DNA of 64,000 bases, taken from assembly GCA_002282445.1 (NCBI GenBank), contig NCJK01000008.1, forward strand, positions 37,817 through 101,816, written 5' to 3'. Positions 38,856-48,053 of this stretch are shown piece after piece; the stretch's first letter is position 1, and each line of letters starts with the position of its first letter. This stretch comes from Burkholderiales bacterium 39-55-53 (GTDB lineage Bacteria > Pseudomonadota > Gammaproteobacteria > Burkholderiales > Burkholderiaceae_C). The notes beneath the pieces were generated by a model that did no database searches, was not told the origin of the DNA, and saw only the letters and a list, made by a program, of their open reading frames with translations. The translations under genes were made by a program, and so were the position numbers.

Positions 38856-40814
38856 ATGGACGCCGCCAGCCTCTTCGTACAAGCCCTCAACGGGTTGGCC
38901 GCTGCCTCGTCTTTGTTCTTGGTGGCAGCGGGTTTGTCACTCATCTTTGGGGTGACGCGCATCGTCAACTTTGCGCATGGCTCGTTCTTCATGCTGGGTG
39001 TGTATGTGGCGTACTCACTCGTGTCGCATGCTGCACCGTCTGTGTCAGCAGCTTTGAGCATGGTGTTAGGTGACGCTGCCGGTCAAACCACTGCCTACTT
39101 TTTAATGTTGATGTGCGCGGCGCTCGTCACCGGCCTGTTGGGTGCGTTGGTAGAGGTGCTATTGCTGCGCCGCATTTACAAAGCGCCTGAGTTGTTTCAG
39201 TTGCTCGCCACCTTTGCCTTGGTACTAGTCATTCAAGACAGCACATTGTGGCTGTGGGGCGCTGAAGATTTGCTGGGGCCACGCGCTCCGGGCCTGAGTA
39301 GCGCGGTGGATATTTTGGGCCGCCGCTTTCCCACGTATGACTTATTTCTGATCGCCATTGGCCCGCTGGTGTTGGCGCTGTTGTGGTGGTGCTTGCAGCG
39401 CACACGCTTTGGCGTGTTGGTACGTGCAGCCACGCAAGACCGCGAAATGCTGGGCGCTCTGGGCGTGAACCCACGCCACTTGTTCACTGCTGTGTTTGCG
39501 CTGGGCTGCGCATTGGCTGGCTTGGGCGGCGCACTGCAACTGCCACGCGAGCCTGCGCATTTAGGACTGGACATGGCCACGATTGGCGATGCGTTCGTGG
39601 TGGTCGTGGTGGGCGGCATGGGTTCTATCCCCGGCGCGTTTGTAGCGGCTTTGTTGATTGCCGAAATCAAAGCGCTGTGCATCGCTGTGGGCACGATCGA
39701 CATTTTGGGCGTGTCGTTTGCTTTTTCTAAGCTCACGCTCGTGGTCGAATTTTTGGTGATGGCTGCGGTGTTGATGGTGCGTCCTTGGGGTTTGCTGGGC
39801 AAGCCACAAAGTGCGCCGCGCATCAGCACTGAGCAAGAAGCGCCGTTTACTTTGGGCAGCGTTCGTTCGCAGTGGGTGTGGTTGTGCATGGGTGCTGCAC
39901 TACTTGCTCTGCCTCTGTTCACTACTGACTCGCCCTACACACTGGTGTTGGGCATTGACTTGTTAATCGCCGCATTGTTTGCCGCCAGCTTGCACTTCAT
40001 CATGGGGCCTGCGGGCATGCACTCGTTTGGTCATGCGGCTTACTTTGGCGTAGGCGCATACGCCGCCGCGCTGCTGGTGTTGCGTGCGGGCATGTCTAGC
40101 GAAGCGGCCTTGTTGTTGGCCCCGCTCGTCAGCGCTTTGGTAGCCGCGCCTATTGCGTGGTTTGCGGTGCGCTTATCGGGCGTGTACTTGGCCATGCTCA
40201 CGTTGGCGTTTGCACAAATTGTGTGGTCCATCTGTTTTCAATGGGACGACTTCACCGGTGGCAGCAACGGCATCACGGGTGTGTGGCCTAGCGATTGGTT
40301 GCAAGACAAATCTTCTTTTTACTGGCTCACGCTTGCCTTAGTTACTGCCAGCGTGATAGCGCTGCGCCGCGTGCTGATGTCGCCCCTCGGCTACGCACTG
40401 CGTGCCAGCCGCGACTCGGTGGGCCGCGCTGAAGCCATGGGCCTGAACGTGGCGCATGTGCAATGGCTGGGCTTTGTGGTGGCCGCAGGCTTTGCAGGTT
40501 TGGCGGGCGCGTTGTTTGCGTTTTCTAAAGGCAGCATCTCGCCCGATGTGTTGGGCGTGAGCAAGTCGGTCGATGGCTTGGTCATGGTCATGCTGGGTGG
40601 TGTGCACACGCTGGTTGGCCCACTGGTGGGCGCAGTGACGTTTACGGCGCTGCAAGACAGCCTGGCCCGCAGCACCGACTACTGGCGTGCCGTGTTGGGT
40701 GGCAGCATGTTGCTGCTGGTGCTGGTGTTTCCGCAAGGGATTGCAGGCTCGGTTCAAGCGTTGTGGCAACGTTTGCGTGGTTCATACGCTTCAGAGAAAC
40801 GAGTGGCAGCATGA
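38856..40814 (+). CDS. fused LivH/LivM-type ABC transporter permease
   Basis: About 650 aa with two branched-chain amino acid permease domains in one polypeptide. Confidence 0.85.
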   Translation: MDAASLFVQALNGLAAASSLFLVAAGLSLIFGVTRIVNFAHGSFFMLGVYVAYSLVSHAAPSVSAALSMVLGDAAGQTTAYFLMLMCAALVTGLLGALVEVLLLRRIYKAPELFQLLATFALVLVIQDSTLWLWGAEDLLGPRAPGLSSAVDILGRRFPTYDLFLIAIGPLVLALLWWCLQRTRFGVLVRAATQDREMLGALGVNPRHLFTAVFALGCALAGLGGALQLPREPAHLGLDMATIGDAFVVVVVGGMGSIPGAFVAALLIAEIKALCIAVGTIDILGVSFAFSKLTLVVEFLVMAAVLMVRPWGLLGKPQSAPRISTEQEAPFTLGSVRSQWVWLCMGAALLALPLFTTDSPYTLVLGIDLLIAALFAASLHFIMGPAGMHSFGHAAYFGVGAYAAALLVLRAGMSSEAALLLAPLVSALVAAPIAWFAVRLSGVYLAMLTLAFAQIVWSICFQWDDFTGGSNGITGVWPSDWLQDKSSFYWLTLALVTASVIALRRVLMSPLGYALRASRDSVGRAEAMGLNVAHVQWLGFVVAAGFAGLAGALFAFSKGSISPDVLGVSKSVDGLVMVMLGGVHTLVGPLVGAVTFTALQDSLARSTDYWRAVLGGSMLLLVLVFPQGIAGSVQALWQRLRGSYASEKRVAA

Positions 40815-41644
40815 CCACGCACACCCCTCACTCAGCAACGCATGCAAAGAAGCCCGCGCAAAGTGGTGGCTCATTGCTAGACGTCCAGCACTTGCACAAA
40901 GCCTTCGGCGGCAACCAAGCCGTGAACGATGTGTCGTTCAATTTGCAGCCGGGCGAACTGTTGGCCCTCATCGGCCCCAACGGCGCAGGCAAATCCACCA
41001 CCTTCAATTTGGTCAACGGCCAGCTCGCGCCTGACAGCGGTAGCATCGCTTTGGATGGCGTTTCACTGCTGGGGCGCAAGCCACACGCGTTGTGGCGCAT
41101 GGGCGTGAGCCGCACATTTCAAATTGCACAAACTTTTGGCTCGCTCACGGTGGCTGAGAACGTGCAAATGGCTTTGCTATCGGCCAAGGGCAAATCTCTC
41201 GCACCTTGGCAACGTGCCACCCACTACCGCCGTGCAGATGCGCTGCAACTGCTTGAGCAAGTGCAGCTAGACACTCAGGCCAGCCGCCCTTGCAGCGCAC
41301 TCGCCTATGGCGATGTGAAGCGCCTTGAGCTGGCCATGGCTTTGGCGAACGAACCACGCTTGCTGCTGATGGACGAGCCCACCGCAGGCATGGCCCCCGA
41401 CGAACGACACGCACTGATGGCACTCACACGCAGCTTGGTCAACCAACGCGGCGTGGCTGTGCTGTTCACCGAGCACAGCATGGACGTGGTGTTTGAACAC
41501 GCCGATCGCGTGCTGGTGATGGCACGTGGTGCACTCATCGCGCAAGGCACACCCGCACAGGTTCAAGCAGACCCACAGGTGCAGGCGGTGTACTTTGGCA
41601 GTGGCAAAACATTTGGTGCTTCAACAACAGGCGGTCAACCATGA
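40811..41644 (+). CDS. ABC transporter ATP-binding protein (LivG-like)
   Basis: Walker A GPNGAGKST, signature motif and Walker B LLLMDEP. ATGA overlap with the permease gene. Confidence 0.9.
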   Translation: MTTHTPHSATHAKKPAQSGGSLLDVQHLHKAFGGNQAVNDVSFNLQPGELLALIGPNGAGKSTTFNLVNGQLAPDSGSIALDGVSLLGRKPHALWRMGVSRTFQIAQTFGSLTVAENVQMALLSAKGKSLAPWQRATHYRRADALQLLEQVQLDTQASRPCSALAYGDVKRLELAMALANEPRLLLMDEPTAGMAPDERHALMALTRSLVNQRGVAVLFTEHSMDVVFEHADRVLVMARGALIAQGTPAQVQADPQVQAVYFGSGKTFGASTTGGQP

Positions 41645-42336
41645 CGCAAGCATCCAACCATACGACTACCACCCCGTTGCTTAACGTCCAAGGTTTAAAC
41701 GCTTGGTACGGCGCAGCGCAAGTGCTGTTCAACGCACAGCTGCATGTGCAGCGCGGCGAGGTGGTAGCGCTCATGGGGCGCAACGGCGCGGGCAAGTCCA
41801 GCACGCTCAAAGCCATCATGGGCCTCATGCCCCGCCGTACCGGAAGCGTGGTGTTTGCGGGCTACGACATCTCGCATGCCGAGCCCTATCAAGCTGCACG
41901 CTTAGGCCTAGGCTATGTACCCGAAGACCGTCGCATCTTCACCGACCTGACCGTGCTAGAAAACTTGCAACTTGGCATTCAAGCAGCGCGTCTTTTTGCA
42001 GATGGCACGGCTGCACCGCAATGGTCGCTCGAACAAATCTTCGCTTTGTTTCCCAACCTCGCCGACATGCAGCAACGCCCCGCGAGCCACATGAGCGGCG
42101 GTGAACAACAAATGCTCACTGTGGCGCGCACCCTCATGGGCAACCCGTTGATGGTGTTGCTTGATGAACCATCCGAGGGCGTGGCCCCTGTCATCGTGGA
42201 ACAAATGGGCGAGATGATTTTGGCGCTCAAGCGCCAAGGCTTGAGTGTGTTGCTGTCTGAGCAAAACACTCACTTTGCGCAGTGGGTGAGTGACCGCAGT
42301 TACACGCTGGATCGCGGCGTGCTGACAGCCTCTTAA
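41641..42336 (+). CDS. ABC transporter ATP-binding protein (LivF-like)
   Basis: Walker A GRNGAGKSS, MSGGEQQML and LLDEPSEG. Confidence 0.9.
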   Translation: MTQASNHTTTTPLLNVQGLNAWYGAAQVLFNAQLHVQRGEVVALMGRNGAGKSSTLKAIMGLMPRRTGSVVFAGYDISHAEPYQAARLGLGYVPEDRRIFTDLTVLENLQLGIQAARLFADGTAAPQWSLEQIFALFPNLADMQQRPASHMSGGEQQMLTVARTLMGNPLMVLLDEPSEGVAPVIVEQMGEMILALKRQGLSVLLSEQNTHFAQWVSDRSYTLDRGVLTAS

Positions 42337-42965
42337 AACGGCTTGGCCTCGCCCCAATAGTTGTAGCCCAATGTTTTGGGCCAACTCACATAGGCAGCAT
42401 CGCTTTGGAGTTGAAAGCCTGCATCTCCCAACAGCTCTGGCACATCACGCGTCAGCCTGCAGCCTCCGGCTAATTTGCGCCAATACGGTTCGATGCGTTT
42501 TTGCCAGTGCACCACAGCAGCATCGGGAGCCAAACCGTGTTCGGCAAACAGCAAACGACCATTGGGTTTGAGCACGCGTCGCATTTCACGCAGCGCAGCA
42601 AACGGATCGTCAATCGAGCACAAGGTGTAGGTGCACACCACACAGTCAAAGGACGCTGAGTCTAACGGCAACGACTCCGCAGACAGTTGTACAAGCTCCA
42701 CGGGCAAGCCCGCTTGCAGGCTGCGTCGCTGCGCCAAGGCGTGCATTTGCGCAGCAGGGTCTACGCCAACCAAGCTGCTGACTTTGCTGGTGTCATAAAA
42801 CTTGAGGTTCAAGCCCGTGCCAATGCCAACTTCCAACACGCGCCCCGCCGCTAAAGGAATCACCTTGCGGCGCTGGCTTTGAATCATGGGCATGCCACAG
42901 GCAAAGTCCACCAAATAGGGCAAGACGTGCTGGTCGTACCAGCTGGGTGTCGCGTGTGTGGTCAT
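42333..42965 (-). CDS. class I SAM-dependent methyltransferase
   Basis: Motif I VLEVGIGTGLN and a type-11 methyltransferase layout. Confidence 0.8.
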   Translation of the reverse strand: MTTHATPSWYDQHVLPYLVDFACGMPMIQSQRRKVIPLAAGRVLEVGIGTGLNLKFYDTSKVSSLVGVDPAAQMHALAQRRSLQAGLPVELVQLSAESLPLDSASFDCVVCTYTLCSIDDPFAALREMRRVLKPNGRLLFAEHGLAPDAAVVHWQKRIEPYWRKLAGGCRLTRDVPELLGDAGFQLQSDAAYVSWPKTLGYNYWGEAKPF

Positions 42966-42972
42966 AACGTGG

Positions 42973-44532
42973 TCATGACACCAACTGCGGTCCCACTTTG
43001 CCGTTTTTCACGACATAGCTCGCTTGCGTTTTCAAGCCCGCCTCACTGCCAGCCGGAAACTTGGTGGTTCTGAAATCACAGCGCACTTCTTTAGGCGTGA
43101 CAGTGATCAAGCTGTAGCCGCGCTCGTCGGCACGGTAGTGCAACAAGTCGGAATTACTGTCACGAATGACTGTGGCCGTCTTATCGCCCAAACCGCGTGA
43201 GGTGATGGAGGTGGTCACAAACTCGCTGGCCACAATGGGTGATTGGGGGTTGTTGGGTTCAAGACGCAAATTGGCGGCCACGTTGCAATGCACATCGCCA
43301 CCCAAGGTAACAACGTTGCTGAGCTTGGCATCCACCACGGTTTGAAGCAGGCGCTTGCGTGCTTCGGGGTAGCCGTCCCACGCGTCGTTCCAATAGCTTC
43401 GACCCACGGGTGCGGGCATGCTGGTGGAGCTGATTTGCGTAGCCTGTGCCACCAGTTTCCATTGGCGCTTGGACTGACTCAAACCTTCGGCCAGCCAACG
43501 CTCTTGCGCCATGCCAAGCATGGTGCGGCTTGCATCGCTCAGTTCATCGCATTGCAAGACGGGGCGTGCGCCGCCAAGCACTGGATCGCGGCAGGCTTGG
43601 GCGCTTCGGTATTGGCGGCAATCGAGTGTCCACACATCGGCCAGCTTGCCCCAAGTGAGTTGGTCGTACAGGTGCATATCGGCGGGGTTACTGACATCAG
43701 GACCTAAGAGCAAGGGCTGGTGCTCAAAATACGCTTGATACGCCGCGGCACGGCGCAACAAGAATTGCTGTGGCTCTGTGTAGTGACGGTCTTGGTCATT
43801 GGCGTAGTCATTGACGACCTCGTGGTCGTCCCACATCAGCACCCATGGGTGTGCGGCGTGTGCAGCTTGTAAATGTGGGTCGCGTTTGTATTGCTCGTAA
43901 CGATCGCGATAGCCCTGCAAAGTTTTGGGCTCTTCGTTGCTGTGTTTGCGAATGGCGTATTTCGGATTGCTGCTCTCATAAATATAGTCACCCATGAAGA
44001 GTACAAAGTCGAGTTTTTGTTGCGCTATCTCACGGTGTGCGATGAACTGCCCATGCTCATAGTGCTGGCACGATGACAGCGCAATGCGCAGCTCGCGCAC
44101 ATCGGCATTCAGCGCAGGCGCTGTACGTGTGTGGCCCACGGTGCTGCGTGCTTCACCTTGGATGAAGCGATACCAATAGTCGGTGCTGGGTTGCAACTGC
44201 TGCAGATGCACATGAACGCTGTGGCCGCGCGCTTCATTGGTGACCACCTCGGCTTTTTGCACGCGACGTTTCAGCGCCGCATCGGCAAACACTTCGACCT
44301 GCACACGCAAAGCCTCTGTACCCACCGCTCGGTCTTCGTCACCAAAGATCAAGCGCGTCCACAACACGACCGAATCAGCCCTCGGACGGCCACTGGCGAC
44401 ACCCAATGCAAATGGGTTGATCTTCCATCGACGCCTTTCAGAGGACGGTGCGGCCACCGCCGTGAGCCAAGGAGCCAGCGCCAATGTGATGGCGCTGCGT
44501 TGCAAGTGTTGGTTAAATTCGCGACGTTTCAT
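42973..44532 (-). CDS. phoD: alkaline phosphatase D family protein
   Basis: Tat-like signal (KRREF...), PhoD metallophosphatase blocks (FVLFMGDYIYE, WDDHEV). Confidence 0.85.
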   Translation of the reverse strand: MKRREFNQHLQRSAITLALAPWLTAVAAPSSERRRWKINPFALGVASGRPRADSVVLWTRLIFGDEDRAVGTEALRVQVEVFADAALKRRVQKAEVVTNEARGHSVHVHLQQLQPSTDYWYRFIQGEARSTVGHTRTAPALNADVRELRIALSSCQHYEHGQFIAHREIAQQKLDFVLFMGDYIYESSNPKYAIRKHSNEEPKTLQGYRDRYEQYKRDPHLQAAHAAHPWVLMWDDHEVVNDYANDQDRHYTEPQQFLLRRAAAYQAYFEHQPLLLGPDVSNPADMHLYDQLTWGKLADVWTLDCRQYRSAQACRDPVLGGARPVLQCDELSDASRTMLGMAQERWLAEGLSQSKRQWKLVAQATQISSTSMPAPVGRSYWNDAWDGYPEARKRLLQTVVDAKLSNVVTLGGDVHCNVAANLRLEPNNPQSPIVASEFVTTSITSRGLGDKTATVIRDSNSDLLHYRADERGYSLITVTPKEVRCDFRTTKFPAGSEAGLKTQASYVVKNGKVGPQLVS

Positions 44533-45941
44533 TTCAACAAGAACTTCAAGTATTTATCTGCCAATTGACGGTAGGGTGGCCACATCATGCGCATGCCGCT
44601 GACACGCGCTTGGTAAAAGACGGGCCGTAATTTTGAGAACGTCACGAAGCCTTCGTACCCGTGGTAGTGGCCCATGCCACTTTCGCCCACACCGCCAAAC
44701 GGCATGCTGTGCTGTGCCGCGTGAAACAGCGCATCGTTCACACCCACGCCACCCGACATGACCCGCTTGATCAGCTTGTCGGTCGTGTGTGCTTGATGGG
44801 TGAACGGATAAAACGCCAGTGGGCGCGGACCTGCGTTGATGCTTTTAATCACCGCATCTAGTTCGTCGTAGCCAATCACGGGAAGGATGGGGCCAAAGAT
44901 TTCTCGGGTGTGCAGGGCGCAGTCGTGCGGGACGTTCAACACAATGTGCGGTGCAATTTTTCGAGTGACCGCGTCCCATGGCTGACCCGGCAACAAGGGG
45001 ACCAGCGTTGCGCCTTTAGTTTGGGCTTCTAGCAAGGCGTCGCACAAACGCTGAAAAGCGCGTTCGTCAATGATGGTGGTGAAGTCTGGGCTGTCTAAAT
45101 TTGCGAAGCGTTTTTGAACAATCTCTTTGCAAAGTTCGACAAACTTTTCGACCTTCTTCTCTGGAACATACACATGGTCTACGGATGTGCAAATTTGCCC
45201 AGCATTGAAACACTTGGCAAACATGATTCGCTCTGCAGCCACGCGCACATCAAAATCATTGCACACCACGACTGGCGATTTACCGCCCAGCTCTAAGGTG
45301 ACGGGGCATAGGTTTTGGGCGGCAGCAGCCATCACAGCACGGCCCGTCTGTGAAGAACCAGTAAACACCAAGTGATCAAATTTGAGCTGCGAAAACGCCA
45401 CGCCCACGCCACCGGTTTCCTCAAAAAATGCCAGTTTCTCAGAGCTGAAATAGCGCGGTGCAAGTTCCATCAACAAGCGCGTGAGGTGGCGCGAGTTCTC
45501 GGACATCTTCACCATCGCGCGGTTGCCCGCAGCAAACGCATCGACCAAGACCAAAAAACTCAGGTTGATCGGGAAGTTCCAAGGCACGATCACGCCCACT
45601 ACACCTAGGGGCTGCGGTAGCACGCGGTTTTTAGCGCCAAAGAAGTTGAACCAATCAATGCTGCGGCGCTGCGGCTTCATCCACTGTTTGAGGTGTTTCA
45701 AGGCGTGGTCTACGCCATGCATGACGGGCACCACTTCGGCCAGCTTGGTTTCGTGCCGTGAGCGGTGGCCGTAGTCGGCGCTGATGGCTTGTGCGATAGC
45801 CTCAGCGTTTTCTTTTACCAAGGCTTTGAGCTTGAGCAAGTCTGCACGACGCGAAGCAGCACTTGGATAGGGCTGTGACGTGTGCGCCAAACGCTGACTT
45901 TGCAGCGCTTGCTCTAAAGGCGTTAAGGCGGAGTAGGACAT
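44529..45941 (-). CDS. aldehyde dehydrogenase (coniferyl-aldehyde dehydrogenase-like)
   Basis: ELGGKSP and catalytic FNAGQICTS motifs. The ATG at 45941 avoids overlap with the upstream gene. Confidence 0.85.
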   Translation of the reverse strand: MSYSALTPLEQALQSQRLAHTSQPYPSAASRRADLLKLKALVKENAEAIAQAISADYGHRSRHETKLAEVVPVMHGVDHALKHLKQWMKPQRRSIDWFNFFGAKNRVLPQPLGVVGVIVPWNFPINLSFLVLVDAFAAGNRAMVKMSENSRHLTRLLMELAPRYFSSEKLAFFEETGGVGVAFSQLKFDHLVFTGSSQTGRAVMAAAAQNLCPVTLELGGKSPVVVCNDFDVRVAAERIMFAKCFNAGQICTSVDHVYVPEKKVEKFVELCKEIVQKRFANLDSPDFTTIIDERAFQRLCDALLEAQTKGATLVPLLPGQPWDAVTRKIAPHIVLNVPHDCALHTREIFGPILPVIGYDELDAVIKSINAGPRPLAFYPFTHQAHTTDKLIKRVMSGGVGVNDALFHAAQHSMPFGGVGESGMGHYHGYEGFVTFSKLRPVFYQARVSGMRMMWPPYRQLADKYLKFLLK

Positions 45942-45949
45942 ATGAAGCC

Positions 45950-46516
45950 TTATCCAGCCTCGTTGCGCTTCATGCGTTCGCTTTTCCAATACACATCGTC
46001 GCCGCCATTCATGCGGTTGAGGACGCGGGCCAACACAAACATGAGGTCGCTCAGGCGGTTGAGGTATTGGCGTGGCGCATCGCCAATGGCTTCTTCGTTG
46101 CCCAAGGCGACCACGGCACGTTCTGCGCGACGCGCTACTGTGCGACAAACATGCGAAAGTGCGGCTCCGCGCGTGCCTGCGGGCAGGATGAACTCTTCAA
46201 GTTTGGGCAGTTTGGCGTTGTAGGCTTCAAGTGCAGTGTCTAGGGCTTGCACCGCCTCTTCTTTGAGCAGCTCAAAACCGGGAATAGACAGTTCGCCGCC
46301 CAAGTTAAACAGCTGATGCTGAATTTCCACCAACACATCGCGCACGTCTTGCGGCATGTCTTCGCATAAAAGAACGCCGATGTTGGAGTTGAGCTCGTCC
46401 ACCTCGCCCATGGCGTGCACGCGCAAGCTGTTTTTAGAAACACGTTGGTTATTGCCCAATCCTGTTGTGCCTGCATCGCCTGTACGTGTGGCGATTTGTG
46501 AAAGTCGATTACCCAT
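45950..46516 (-). CDS. PduO-type ATP:cob(I)alamin adenosyltransferase
   Basis: N-terminus IATRTGDAGTTGL and MGEVDELNS motifs. Confidence 0.9.
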   Translation of the reverse strand: MGNRLSQIATRTGDAGTTGLGNNQRVSKNSLRVHAMGEVDELNSNIGVLLCEDMPQDVRDVLVEIQHQLFNLGGELSIPGFELLKEEAVQALDTALEAYNAKLPKLEEFILPAGTRGAALSHVCRTVARRAERAVVALGNEEAIGDAPRQYLNRLSDLMFVLARVLNRMNGGDDVYWKSERMKRNEAG

Positions 46517-46625
46517 GTGCAGCTGCCTCGTCAGTGTGGTTTGGCGTCTATTTTGCCTGTCGCGCAGGGGCTTTTGACAGACAGGGTCATGTTCTTAGAA
46601 TGACTGATCGTTTAGGAGACATCGT

Positions 46626-48053
46626 ATGAACGCACCCACCTCACACCAACATTTAACACCTGCCGTGGCACAACGCGAGGTACCTGCCGAGATGGTTGCA
46701 GCGCTACAAACCCGCTTTGGTACTAATTGCTCAACGGCATTGGTCATTCGCGAGCAACATGGCCGTGATGAGTCGCCCTTCGTTCATGTGCCGCCACCTG
46801 CGGCCGTGGTGTTTGCCGAGAGCACACAAGATGTAGCCGACGCGGTGACGTTGGCTGCGCAATACAAGGTACCCGTGATTCCGTTTGGTGTGGGATCTTC
46901 GCTGGAAGGTCATTTATTAGCAGTGCAAGGCGGCATCAGCGTGGACGTGAGCCGTATGAACAAGGTGCTGAGTATCAATGCCGAAGACTTAACCGTCACC
47001 GTACAACCCGGCGTGACGCGAAAGCAACTGAATGAAGAGATCAAGAGCACAGGTTTGTTTTTCCCCATCGATCCGGGTGCTGACGCCTCTATTGGCGGCA
47101 TGTGCGCGACCCGCGCCAGTGGTACCAATGCGGTGCGCTACGGCACGATGCGGGAGAACGTGCTCACCCTAGAGGTAGTGACTGCGAGTGGCGAAGTGAT
47201 TCGCACGGGCACACGCGCCAAAAAATCTTCCGCTGGCTACGACCTCACGCGCTTGTTTGTGGGCAGTGAAGGGACTCTGGGGGTGATGACCGAGATCACG
47301 CTGAAAATTTACCCATTGCCCGAGGCGGTGTCTGCCGCCGTGTGCTCGTTCCCCAGCATTGAGGCGGCTGTGCACACCACAATCACAACGATTCAGATGG
47401 GTGTGCCCATTGCACGCGTGGAATTGTTAGATGCTGGGTCTGTCCGCATGGTGAACCAGTATGCGAAGCTGAATTTGACCGAAGCGCCCATGTTGTTGAT
47501 GGAGTTTCACGGATCTCCAGCGGGCGTGAAAGAACAAGCGGAAACAGTGCAAGAGATTGCGGCTGAACATGGCGGTGTGTCGTTTGAATGGGCAACCACG
47601 CCCGAAGAACGCACTCGGCTTTGGACTGCACGACACAACGCATACTTTGCCGCCATTCAAAGCCGCCCCGGCTGCCGCGCAGTGACCACAGATACCTGTG
47701 TACCCATCAGCAAGTTGGCAGATGCCATGCTCGATTCGATTGCCGAGGCGGACGCTTCTGGCCTGCCCTACTTCTTAGTTGGCCATGTGGGCGATGGGAA
47801 TTTCCATGTGGGCTATTTGATTGACCCCAACAGCGTTGATGAGTGTGCGTTGGCCGAGGCGCTAAACCACAAGCTGGTGACCCGCGCGTTGAACTTGGGC
47901 GGCACATGCACCGGTGAGCACGGCATTGGTTTGCACAAGATGGACTTCTTGCGCACCGAAACTGGGGAAGGCGCGGTGGACATGATGCGCACGATCAAAC
48001 GGGCACTGGACCCGCACAACATCATGAACCCAGGGAAGATCTTTTCTCTATAA
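46626..48053 (+). CDS. FAD-linked oxidase (D-lactate / D-2-hydroxyacid dehydrogenase type)
   Basis: PCMH FAD-binding domain with GVGSSLEGH, and C-terminal GEHGIG...DPHNIMNPGK. Confidence 0.85.
   Translation: MNAPTSHQHLTPAVAQREVPAEMVAALQTRFGTNCSTALVIREQHGRDESPFVHVPPPAAVVFAESTQDVADAVTLAAQYKVPVIPFGVGSSLEGHLLAVQGGISVDVSRMNKVLSINAEDLTVTVQPGVTRKQLNEEIKSTGLFFPIDPGADASIGGMCATRASGTNAVRYGTMRENVLTLEVVTASGEVIRTGTRAKKSSAGYDLTRLFVGSEGTLGVMTEITLKIYPLPEAVSAAVCSFPSIEAAVHTTITTIQMGVPIARVELLDAGSVRMVNQYAKLNLTEAPMLLMEFHGSPAGVKEQAETVQEIAAEHGGVSFEWATTPEERTRLWTARHNAYFAAIQSRPGCRAVTTDTCVPISKLADAMLDSIAEADASGLPYFLVGHVGDGNFHVGYLIDPNSVDECALAEALNHKLVTRALNLGGTCTGEHGIGLHKMDFLRTETGEGAVDMMRTIKRALDPHNIMNPGKIFSL

Noticed and set aside
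45942-46148. ORF-track N-terminal extensions. Examples: the first 69 aa of 44529..46148, 10151..11347, 20455.., 55197..57284, 58683..61220, 2843..3931 and 32290..33408.
   Set aside because: The extensions overlap upstream genes or regulatory sites and are Arg-rich. The conserved family N-termini begin at the internal ATG codons used in the feature table.
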